The notes under the pieces were generated by a model, which saw only the letters and a program-made list of their open reading frames with translations, had not been told where the DNA came from and searched no databases. From a candidate division WOR-3 bacterium (GTDB lineage Bacteria > SDB-A): a stretch of 52,433 bases of DNA. This document shows, in pieces, positions 44,524-52,433 of the stretch. Position numbers and translations under genes: made by a program. The DNA lies in NCBI GenBank assembly GCA_016929715.1, contig JAFGIG010000030.1:1-52433 (forward strand). The letters are read 5' to 3'. Numbering within the stretch: the first letter of the stretch is position 1; every line of letters starts with the position of its first letter.

Positions 44524-45793
44524 GGACGATTTCGGCAAGACCTGTTCTTTCTGCGGTTCAAAGGAGAATATAGGCAATTATCTAATCCACGGAAGAAATT
44601 CCTATATATGCGTTAATTGCGTCAAACTGCTTTATGAATCCATATTCAAATCTCAGGAAAAAACCCTTCCTTTCACTTCCGGAGCTTTTGATCTTCCTCT
44701 GCCCAGCGAGATAAAAGCTCAGCTCGACGAATATGTTATAGGTCAGGATTACGCCAAAAAAGTGATATCCGTAGCAGTTTACAACCACTACAAGAGGATA
44801 ATCAGCTCCATGCGCGAGAGTGATGTGGAAATAGAAAAAAGCAACATACTTTTAATCGGACCGACAGGCTGCGGAAAGACACTCATAGCAAAAACTCTCG
44901 CTAACATACTCCATGTTCCATTCGCGATTTCAGACGCGACAACTCTGACTGAAGCCGGTTATGTCGGGGAAGACGTGGAAAATGTCATAACAAGGCTCCT
45001 TCAGTCATGCGACTACAACATCGGAGAAGCCGAAAAGGGCATTGTGTATATAGACGAAATAGATAAAATCAGCAGACTCAGCGAAAACAGGTCTATAACC
45101 AGAGATGTCTCCGGAGAAGGAGTTCAACAGGCGCTCCTCAGGCTTGTCGAAGGAACTATAGCCAATATTCCTCCATACGGAGGCAGAAAACATCCGGAAC
45201 AGCAATTTCTTCCGGTTAATACATCTAAAATACTTTTCATCTGCGGAGGAACTTTCGACGGGATAGAGACAATAATAGAAAAGCACATGGGGAAAAATGT
45301 CCTCGGTTTCCACGGGCCAAAATCCAGCAGTGACGACTCTTTTCAATTTTATCCCGACGCTTCAAAATCTCTCGGAGCAAGAGCCTTCGTGGAACAGGAC
45401 GACCTTGTGAAGTTCGGAATGATTCCTGAATTCGTCGGACGTTTCCCTATAATTGCCCCTCTTCAGGACCTCGACAGGGACACAATGAAAAAAATCCTCC
45501 TTGAACCCAAAAACGCGGTTATCAAACAATACAAAGAACTCGCTAAAATCGAAAACATCGACCTTTCCTTCACAGGCGAGGCTATAGATGAAGTGTGCGA
45601 GATGGCGGTAAAGAAAAAAATAGGGGCAAGGGGACTTAGATCCATAATAGAAGCGACCATGCTCGACATCATGTTTGAAATTCCCAATCTCAAAAAAAGT
45701 AAAAATCTTAAAAAGTGCCTAATAACGAAAGATGTTATAACAAAAAAAGCCGCACCCGTTTATAATTTCACGAGAAAGGCTTCGTCGCAGTGA
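44504..45793 (+). CDS. clpX: ATP-dependent Clp protease ATP-binding subunit ClpX
   Basis: C4 zinc finger CSFC...[52 protein letters not shown]. Start likely ATG 44504 or 44507. Confidence 0.98.
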   Translation: MMKKKIKDDFGKTCSFCGSKENIGNYLIHGRNSYICVNCVKLLYESIFKSQEKTLPFTSGAFDLPLPSEIKAQLDEYVIGQDYAKKVISVAVYNHYKRIISSMRESDVEIEKSNILLIGPTGCGKTLIAKTLANILHVPFAISDATTLTEAGYVGEDVENVITRLLQSCDYNIGEAEKGIVYIDEIDKISRLSENRSITRDVSGEGVQQALLRLVEGTIANIPPYGGRKHPEQQFLPVNTSKILFICGGTFDGIETIIEKHMGKNVLGFHGPKSSSDDSFQFYPDASKSLGARAFVEQDDLVKFGMIPEFVGRFPIIAPLQDLDRDTMKKILLEPKNAVIKQYKELAKIENIDLSFTGEAIDEVCEMAVKKKIGARGLRSIIEATMLDIMFEIPNLKKSKNLKKCLITKDVITKKAAPVYNFTRKASSQ

Positions 45794-45809
45794 AAAAGAA
45801 CGGACAACC

Positions 45810-47261
45810 ATGAAAGAGAAGTTCTTCGAAAAAGCATGTGAACTGCCTTTGCCGGTCAGTTTCAGAATTTACGTAAAAAAACATCTTACACCCAACAGAG
45901 CCCTCTTGACCGGTTTTATATTTTTAATTTTTCTGGGTTCTGTTCTTCTGAGTCTTCCTTTCTCATATACCGGAGATTCTCCCTCCCCTGTCAACTGCAT
46001 ATTTACTTCGACCTCCGCCCTCTGTGTTACAGGTTTAATAGTGGAAGACACTGCCGTAAAATGGACACTTTTCGGCAAGACGATAATACTTTTACTCATA
46101 CAGACAGGCGCTCTCGGATACATGACTTTCGCGAGTTTTCTTATCATTTCTCTCGGAGGAAAAGTGACTGTTTACCCGAGGCTTATCATGAAAGAATCCT
46201 TTGCCAGCCAGAATATATACGGACTTGGCAGATTTGCAAAGCGCGTCATAGCTATGACCTTTTTTTTTGAACTAATAGGCGCTTTTTTTCTTTCTTTCGC
46301 TTTCGTCCCAAAATTCGGTTTTGCGAGAGGATTCGGGCATGCGATATTCAACAGTATCAGTGCGTTCTGCAATGCGGGTTTTTCAACCTTCTCGGATAGC
46401 CTTGTCTCATTCAGAACTGATCCCGTTGTTGTTACAACTGTTTCAACTCTGGTTATTTTAGGCGGGATCGGTTTTGTTGTTCTTTTGGACCTGAAGAAAT
46501 ATTGTGGTCTAAAAATAAAAAATATTTTTTCAAAATATCCCACAGGCCCAAAGCCTATTCTGATTCCATACTCTAAGATGATTCTTATCGCGTATGCTAT
46601 TCTCATTGTCTTTCCTTTCTTTTTTTTCTGGTTCAATGAATATGCATTGAGAGCGGATATTTCATTTGCTGAAAAGATTTATTCTTCTTTTTTTCAGGCG
46701 GTGACTCCCAGGACAGCGGGTTTCAACACAGCTGACTTTAATATTTTCACCAACGCTTCTCTCATCGTCGTGATAGTCCTCATGTTCATTGGAACGGGTT
46801 CAGGAAGCACAGGCGGAGGAGTAAAAATTTCAACGGTAGCTCTCGCGCTTTCAACTCTTGTAGCTACTTTACAGGGAAGAGAAAAAATTTCCATCCTGAA
46901 AAGAAGCGTCCCTCCTGCGCAGATATTCAGAGCGTTTTCCCTGATAACCCTTTCGATACTATGGATAATACTGATTTTCGTTTTGATTCAGCTCTTCAGC
47001 GACGGCTATGAAATCGAAAGGATTATATACAAGCTGGTGTTTGAGATAGTGTCGGCTTTCGGGACGGTTGGCTTATCTCTGGGATCTAAAACAAATCCCG
47101 CCCATTCATTTTCATCCGACCTGCCCTCTATAGGCAAACTTCTGCTAGTATCGACTATGATAATGGGCAGACTCGGGCCTCTTACTTTCGGAGCCGCTCT
47201 CGTTAAAAGGACTAAATCCAAAAAAATAAACTATGTCAAAGGGTTTATGCCCATAGGATGA
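45810..47261 (+). CDS. ktrB: Ktr/Trk potassium transporter membrane subunit
   Basis: Four filter motifs: SALCVTGL, SAFCNAGF, PRTAGF, SAFGTVGL. Also MFIG..SGSTGGGVK and MGRLGPLT. Confidence 0.92.
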   Translation: MKEKFFEKACELPLPVSFRIYVKKHLTPNRALLTGFIFLIFLGSVLLSLPFSYTGDSPSPVNCIFTSTSALCVTGLIVEDTAVKWTLFGKTIILLLIQTGALGYMTFASFLIISLGGKVTVYPRLIMKESFASQNIYGLGRFAKRVIAMTFFFELIGAFFLSFAFVPKFGFARGFGHAIFNSISAFCNAGFSTFSDSLVSFRTDPVVVTTVSTLVILGGIGFVVLLDLKKYCGLKIKNIFSKYPTGPKPILIPYSKMILIAYAILIVFPFFFFWFNEYALRADISFAEKIYSSFFQAVTPRTAGFNTADFNIFTNASLIVVIVLMFIGTGSGSTGGGVKISTVALALSTLVATLQGREKISILKRSVPPAQIFRAFSLITLSILWIILIFVLIQLFSDGYEIERIIYKLVFEIVSAFGTVGLSLGSKTNPAHSFSSDLPSIGKLLLVSTMIMGRLGPLTFGAALVKRTKSKKINYVKGFMPIG

Positions 47262-47274
47262 TCTCATATTTGTA

Positions 47275-47303
47275 TTGAAAAAGGAAAACCTTGCCGTTAG
47301 AAT
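47275..47303 (+). promoter_or_regulatory. Putative sigma70 promoter giving a leaderless ktrA transcript
   Basis: TTGAAA (47275-80), 17 nt spacer, TAGAAT (47298-303), 7 nt, then ATG 47311. Confidence 0.55.
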
Positions 47304-47310
47304 AAACTAT

Positions 47311-47979
47311 ATGGACAATAGAAGCGATTATAAGTATTTCGGTATAATTGGAATCGGAAGATTCGGATTTTCAATAGCCGAGAGTCTTGTTTCGAACGGA
47401 GCCAGGGTTCTGGCTTTCGACAAGAACGAAGAATCTCTTGTCCCTCTTCAGAATCTTGTTGAATCAGTAGTCATAGGAGACGCAACCGACCAGAAGACCC
47501 TCATGGATTCAGGATTTCAATACACTGATATCGTCATAGTCAGTTTTGCTCAGGAACTGGCGACGAGTATTCTCACCACAATGCTTTTAAAGGAAATAGG
47601 TGTAAAGAGAATAATCGCCAAAGCGAGAAATTTTACGCACGAAAAAATATTGAAAAAAATCGGAGCTGACGAGGTTGTTCTCCCTGAAATTGATTCCGGA
47701 AGAAGACTCGCAAATCAGCTGACTTCACCGGGTTTTCAGGAGATTATTGAATTCACTCCGGGATACTCGATAGTTGATGTCAATACCCCTAAATCCTTTA
47801 TTGGAAAGACTATCAAGGAACTGGGTCTCAGAACGCACTACAATGTCAATGTGCTGGCGGTAAAAAAACCCGGCAGTATATTGAACATCTCGCCCAATCC
47901 TGAAACCCTCTTTGAAAAAAACGACATAGTAACTCTTCTTGGAAAAGACGAAGACCTTAAAAACTTCTCGAGGATCTGA
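47311..47979 (+). CDS. ktrA: Ktr/Trk potassium transporter RCK regulatory subunit
   Basis: GIIGIGRFG Rossmann motif, GDATD, IIAKA...HEKIL.KIGAD.VV.PE, TrkA-C domain GKTIKELGLR..YNVNVLAVK. Confidence 0.92.
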   Translation: MDNRSDYKYFGIIGIGRFGFSIAESLVSNGARVLAFDKNEESLVPLQNLVESVVIGDATDQKTLMDSGFQYTDIVIVSFAQELATSILTTMLLKEIGVKRIIAKARNFTHEKILKKIGADEVVLPEIDSGRRLANQLTSPGFQEIIEFTPGYSIVDVNTPKSFIGKTIKELGLRTHYNVNVLAVKKPGSILNISPNPETLFEKNDIVTLLGKDEDLKNFSRI

Positions 47980-47980
47980 C

Positions 47981-49453
47981 GTGGCAAAAAACAATAAAGT
48001 CCTTGTTGTGGACGACGAAGAGACTCTGGCATCATTTCTTTCTAAAATCATAGAGAACGACCCGCTCCTCGACTGTCAGGTCAAGACCGCTTTTACAGGC
48101 GAAGAAGCTATTGAAAAAATAATGTCGTTCAAACCCGACCTTGTGCTTTGCGACATTAAACTGCCAAACATGAACGGAATTGAGGTCTTGTCGAGAGCCA
48201 AATCTCTCGATCCTCAGATTTATTTTGTTATGATGACGGGATTCACCTCTGTTGATTCAGCCATAGCTTCCCTTCGGGAAGGCGCTTACGATTATATTAA
48301 TAAACCTTTTGACGCCAACGAAATGAAAGTCATTGTCAGAAATGCTTTGGACCAGCGGAAACTGAAAACGGAAAAAGAGTGGCTCTTAAGAGAACTCAAG
48401 GAGAGAAACGAAATACTTTTAGAGCAAAAAAGTATGCTCGAAAAAAATCTTGAAATAAGAATCGAAGAGCTGAACAAACTTCAGAAGCTTTCGAATCTCC
48501 TGAGTGAAAGCTTCGGCATAGCGTCTCTGATTAAAGTCATCCCAAAGATACTCGCCATGACTCTCGACGCTGACGGTTCTTTTCTTTCATGGTTCAGCGA
48601 ATTCGACAGCACTCTCACTGTCAGAAATACTTTTCAGACTGAAGACATCTTTCCGAAAGGCATGACTCTCGATCTTTCATCTCCTCCTTTCGACATTATA
48701 CTTAAGGAAAAACAGCCGCCGGTTGTGGTTTTCGACTACCCATGCGGCGGGGGGAGGAAAATCCCTGTCCTCGCAGTATGCCAACTTCTCGGCGCCGACA
48801 GGCCTTTCGGTTTGGTCGGTTTTGTATACAGTGAACAGCGAATGGAGACGGACAAAATATTCGTCTCTCTGATTTCTACTGCCTCGAGCATAGTTTCGCT
48901 TTCAATTAAAAATTCGCAGTTTTTCGAGACTATAAAGAAAAAGGACCTTGAAATAATGTCTTTTGTCCTTTCGCTTACCGAGACTTTCGGAGTCAGCAAA
49001 AACTTTCAGCAAAAATCTGCAAACATAGCAGTAGAAATAGCCAAAGAACTCTCCGTCGAAGAAAAATACATGCGACAGCTCCGATACGCCACCTTATTCA
49101 TGCTGTTCGGCATTTCGATCCCGGGCCTTTCAACCCTGAATCAAGCCATAGATAAACTCGTCGGGCTGATTTCAAATCTCGAATTTTTATCCGAACCTCT
49201 TTCATACATACTTCTCTGCCAGGAAAATTTCGACGGGTCCGGAAAAAACGGCATGAAAGGCTCTTCTATTCCGGAAGCCGGCAGAATCCTGAGAGTAATA
49301 TCCGACTTCGTCCTATACATGAAAAGATACACTATGGAGAAATCGATTTCCGCCATTAGGGAGGGCTCCGGAAAATATTACGATCCTAAGATAACCGAAT
49401 CTTTCATTTCCCTTATTTCGCAGGTCAAACTTTCGGAAAACCTCTATGCCTGA
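47981..49453 (+). CDS. Response regulator: receiver + coiled coil + GAF-like + degenerate HD-GYP domain
   Basis: VLVVDDE, DLVLCDIKLP.MNG, MMTG, GAYDYINKPF. C-terminal QENFDGSG..GMKG..IP..GRIL.V...GSGKYYDP. GTG start at 47981. Confidence 0.82.
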   Translation: MAKNNKVLVVDDEETLASFLSKIIENDPLLDCQVKTAFTGEEAIEKIMSFKPDLVLCDIKLPNMNGIEVLSRAKSLDPQIYFVMMTGFTSVDSAIASLREGAYDYINKPFDANEMKVIVRNALDQRKLKTEKEWLLRELKERNEILLEQKSMLEKNLEIRIEELNKLQKLSNLLSESFGIASLIKVIPKILAMTLDADGSFLSWFSEFDSTLTVRNTFQTEDIFPKGMTLDLSSPPFDIILKEKQPPVVVFDYPCGGGRKIPVLAVCQLLGADRPFGLVGFVYSEQRMETDKIFVSLISTASSIVSLSIKNSQFFETIKKKDLEIMSFVLSLTETFGVSKNFQQKSANIAVEIAKELSVEEKYMRQLRYATLFMLFGISIPGLSTLNQAIDKLVGLISNLEFLSEPLSYILLCQENFDGSGKNGMKGSSIPEAGRILRVISDFVLYMKRYTMEKSISAIREGSGKYYDPKITESFISLISQVKLSENLYA

Positions 49454-50288
49454 TAAAGCAAGAGAGCCGGTTTTTTCCGGGCAGTTTTACCCCGGGGACA
49501 GGCATTCTCTCGAAAAAGAACTCTCCTTTTTATTGCCGGATGCATCCTCACTTTCTTTCAGAGGAAAAGTTTCAGGGCTTGTTCTTCCGCACGCCGGATA
49601 CGCATTTTCCGGGGAAACAACGGGAAAAGCCGTTGCGTCTGTTGATCCTGAAAAATACGAAAAAACTACAGTCATTCTTCTTGCGCCATGTCACAGATAC
49701 CCTTCCAAAGGCGCATCAGTTTATAAATCCGGAGCATGGAAAACACCTCTGGGAAATGTCCCCGTGGACGAAGAGTTAACCGAATTACTGCTGAGAGAAT
49801 CCGCTTTATTCGACGACAGCGAAATGCCACATTTATCTGAACACAGCATTGAAGTCCAGCTGCCTTTCTTTCAGTATGTTTTTAAGTCCAGACCCCTTAG
49901 AATTGTCCCGATAGCAGTCGGAAATCAGTCATCAGAATTCTGCCTTTCTTTGGGCGAATCGTTGAAACCGCTCGCTGGAAATGACAGAATTTTCGTTGCC
50001 AGCAGCGATCTTTATCACGGATATTCTCTTTCAGAATGCGAAATAAACGACGAGGAAGTTGTCGGGTCGGTCCAGTCATACGATCTGAAAAAGCTTTGCG
50101 ATATAGCAGACAGAGGCACAAAAGTTTCTGATCAAGCGGGTTGCGGGATAGGACCTATAATTGCTCTCTTGACTGCCCTCAAAGATATTAAAAAAGATAT
50201 ATTCCTCTCAAAAAAAGCAAACTCATCCGAATCGCCCTATTCGGATGGAGGCTACGTCGTAGGTTACGCGTCTTTCGTCATCTTATGA
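49446..50288 (+). CDS. amrB: AmmeMemoRadiSam system protein B (MEMO1 family)
   Basis: REP.FSGQFYP, PHAGY.FSG, LAPCH, WKTPLG, EHSIEVQLPF, ASSDLYH, CG.GP, VVGYAS. Confidence 0.92.
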   Translation: MPDKAREPVFSGQFYPGDRHSLEKELSFLLPDASSLSFRGKVSGLVLPHAGYAFSGETTGKAVASVDPEKYEKTTVILLAPCHRYPSKGASVYKSGAWKTPLGNVPVDEELTELLLRESALFDDSEMPHLSEHSIEVQLPFFQYVFKSRPLRIVPIAVGNQSSEFCLSLGESLKPLAGNDRIFVASSDLYHGYSLSECEINDEEVVGSVQSYDLKKLCDIADRGTKVSDQAGCGIGPIIALLTALKDIKKDIFLSKKANSSESPYSDGGYVVGYASFVIL

Positions 50289-50836
50289 ATCTCGACAAAA
50301 AAGAACAATCTGTTCTTCTCCGAGCAGCAAGAGAGACCATAGTTTCGGCAGCAAGCGGGTTAAATTTACCCCAACCTCCAACCGCACAAGGAAGGCTTTC
50401 AGAAAAACGCGGTATTTTCGTCACGCTTCATAAAATAGGCGAACTCAGGGGATGTATAGGATACGTAGTCGGAATCAAACCTCTTAACCAGGCTGTAATT
50501 GACATGGCTTTTGCCGCTTCGCAGGAAGACCCCAGGTTCCCCCCGGTCAAAAAAGAAGAAATAAATGATATTGAAATAGAGATATCAGTATTGAGCGTTC
50601 CGGAAATTGTTCAAAATCCTTCTGAAATTACCGTCGGGAAAGACGGGCTCATAGTTAAAAAGGGTTTCCGTCAGGGGCTGCTGCTCCCCCAGGTAGCTGT
50701 AGAATGGGGATGGGACAGGGAAACATTTCTCAGTCATGCTTGCATGAAAGCCGGACTGACTCCGGATTCGTGGAAAGAAACCGGAGTCGAAATCTTTATA
50801 TTCAACGCCCAAGTGTTCAGTGAATCTGATGGTTGA
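50285..50836 (+). CDS. amrA: AmmeMemoRadiSam system protein A (AMMECR1 family)
   Basis: GIFVTL...GELRGCIG, DPRFPPV, IEISVLS, GKDGL, GLLLPQV, FL...C.KAGL. ATGA coupling. Confidence 0.93.
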   Translation: MNLDKKEQSVLLRAARETIVSAASGLNLPQPPTAQGRLSEKRGIFVTLHKIGELRGCIGYVVGIKPLNQAVIDMAFAASQEDPRFPPVKKEEINDIEIEISVLSVPEIVQNPSEITVGKDGLIVKKGFRQGLLLPQVAVEWGWDRETFLSHACMKAGLTPDSWKETGVEIFIFNAQVFSESDG

Positions 50837-52433
50837 CGGGAAAAACTAAAAACGCATCGTTTGGATTTGTTTTGATCCCTTCGGAAATCATGTAGTGAAC
50901 CAGATTACTATCCCCCGTTTTTTGAGCGACTAAAGCTCCGAGCAACCAAGCGCTTGAGGATCCAATGTTTGTTTCCCTGTATTTTTTCAGGTAAAAGACT
51001 GCCGAATCCAGGGCTTTCTCCTGAAGGAAAAGGCATGATTTTTCATAATCTGTCAAATAGTAACCGCCTTTTCCTGTCAAATACAGCATGTATAAATCGC
51101 CGCCGACAACAAAAGGTCTCAGTGCGGCTGCACTGCGCGAAAGATAATCTGAAAGACCAGACGAATCAAATCCGCTGATAATCAGATGTGTCACTCCGTA
51201 TTTTTCGATAAAGCCGCTGTCAATCATCCAATCAAACGCTGCAAGTGATTTTATCTCTGTTCCAAGCGTAAGAGCGGGTGCCAGTGAACCCGCAATAAGA
51301 GCTCTTTCTCCTACAATGGATTCAATTTCAAATGATGCCCCTTTTACTGATTGCATCGGAAATAATAGCCATGAAATTATGCGGTAGTTGTCGCAGGAAA
51401 AGTGAAGAATACATAACAATGCTATCAGATACGGGATGAACTTATCCGCTTTTCTGCTGACATAACGTGTTAGTATAACAACTGCAACTGACACAGCGGA
51501 AGAAACGAGCAGTAGAGGAAACCGGACAATCCTTAAGGAAAAAGCTGTGAACTGATATGAAAAAAACAGTGAAAATATTAAAACAGGTATTGTGCTTCTT
51601 TTACCTTTCGAAACTCCCTTTTCTCTATGCTCTCCGAAAGAAGAAACGAGAATAGCAGCGGCATAAACAAAATAAAGAAGAAATCTCGCCGGTCTGTATG
51701 GGAAGAACACAGTATAAAAAACGATTAGAGAACCGAGCCAGCACAACGCCAGAAGCTGAATATCCCCTATTTTATTTTGCCGGGCAATAAAAGCTGCCGC
51801 AAAAAACCCTGAAAAAACTACGAACGGAGTCGAAAAAGTCAAATCAGGTATTCCCGCTCCCAAAACTCTGTAAAAAAACAGATAAATATCCGCTTTTTGA
51901 TTTTCAGTGACTGATTTTAAGCCTGACATAAAATATGAATTGAACATTTCTTTGAACGGCAAATACAGAAAGATAAACCAAAAAGCGAAAACAACAGCTA
52001 TACCTGCAAAATAATTTATAAGCGATTTTTTGTTTTTAACTGATATATAAATAATTCCGGCGGGTAGAAAACTTACGGCGTGAATTTTTGTAAATAATAT
52101 TGCAGCAGCGGTGAAAATTCCCGCCGACAAGTATTTATTCTTCACTATAAAAAAAACGGCAAACATAAGAAAACACGTTGACGCGTTTTCAGCTAAAGGC
52201 GTTCTGCCGTAAACAGTTAAAGGGTATGAAAACAGGATGAAACAGGAAGCAACTAAACCCCTAATTGTCTTTCCGAAAGAAAGAAATACTGCAAAAGCAG
52301 CCAAAAGACAAAAAAATAAACCCGGTAAGACGGCTGAAAAAGCGTTTGTTCCAGCTATTTTGTAAAATAAAAATGAAACAAGACCCAAAGCGGGAGAAAA
52401 AAGAAACCCTGAAAAAGGCGGATTTTCAATATA
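50817..52433 (-). CDS. GT-C fold membrane glycosyltransferase (ArnT/PMT_2, GT39/83-like); 5' truncated by window edge
   Basis: Frame is open to the window end. Many TMs, YGRTPLAE, FTK, YRPARFLLY, and a C-terminal TPR-like tail. Confidence 0.6.
   Translation of the reverse strand, partial: YIENPPFSGFLFSPALGLVSFLFYKIAGTNAFSAVLPGLFFCLLAAFAVFLSFGKTIRGLVASCFILFSYPLTVYGRTPLAENASTCFLMFAVFFIVKNKYLSAGIFTAAAILFTKIHAVSFLPAGIIYISVKNKKSLINYFAGIAVVFAFWFIFLYLPFKEMFNSYFMSGLKSVTENQKADIYLFFYRVLGAGIPDLTFSTPFVVFSGFFAAAFIARQNKIGDIQLLALCWLGSLIVFYTVFFPYRPARFLLYFVYAAAILVSSFGEHREKGVSKGKRSTIPVLIFSLFFSYQFTAFSLRIVRFPLLLVSSAVSVAVVILTRYVSRKADKFIPYLIALLCILHFSCDNYRIISWLLFPMQSVKGASFEIESIVGERALIAGSLAPALTLGTEIKSLAAFDWMIDSGFIEKYGVTHLIISGFDSSGLSDYLSRSAAALRPFVVGGDLYMLYLTGKGGYYLTDYEKSCLFLQEKALDSAVFYLKKYRETNIGSSSAWLLGALVAQKTGDSNLVHYMISEGIKTNPNDAFLVFPVNHQIH

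Noticed and set aside
1-52433. CRISPR arrays, tandem repeats, IS/transposases, prophage
   Set aside because: None seen by reading. The window is almost fully coding and intergenic gaps are too short (<=200 bp). Dispersed short repeats could be missed without a computed self-alignment.

Overview
A gene-dense chromosomal stretch of a diderm bacterium, probably an FCB-superphylum or candidate lineage such as WOR-3. That placement is inferred from T9SS/Por-type C-terminal sorting domains, an Omp85 fusion and very short signal peptides. I saw no mobile element, CRISPR array or rRNA. Contents in order: (i) an envelope-glycosylation cluster (YfhO-like GT-C, polyprenol-P-mannose synthase, phosphoglycosyl transferase), a PorZ-like propeller protein and an orphan protein with a degenerate class III cyclase domain; (ii) a ~17.5 kb minus-strand run: cNMP-GGDEF, nadC, hypothetical, purN, PHP, hypothetical, S55 peptidase, propeller protein, glycerate kinase, ffh, rpsP, khpA, trmD, rplS, rnhB, yraN, TPR, DUF4388, GT4, with rimM absent from its usual slot; (iii) a signalling trio of cNMP-GGDEF, a divergent double-cyclase-STAND-TPR protein and a convergent TPR histidine kinase; (iv) a secreted CTD protein, a conserved FCB protein, cca, a MazG-like gene and a CPBP protease; (v) a roadblock - peptidase/TolB/Omp85 - sugar ABC operon; (vi) tRNA-Leu(TAG)-tig-clpP-clpX-ktrB-ktrA-response regulator (dead HD-GYP)-amrB-amrA, then a partial GT-C. 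Highlights: three genes appear to start at near-cognate codons (CTG, CTG, ACG), each 6 nt after an SD-like motif; there are candidate leaderless transcripts; there is a possible cNMP-to-c-di-GMP relay with substituted specificity residues; and a circularly permuted SpoIVB-type protease is coupled to a propeller protein. All family calls come from reading motifs by eye; no searches were run.
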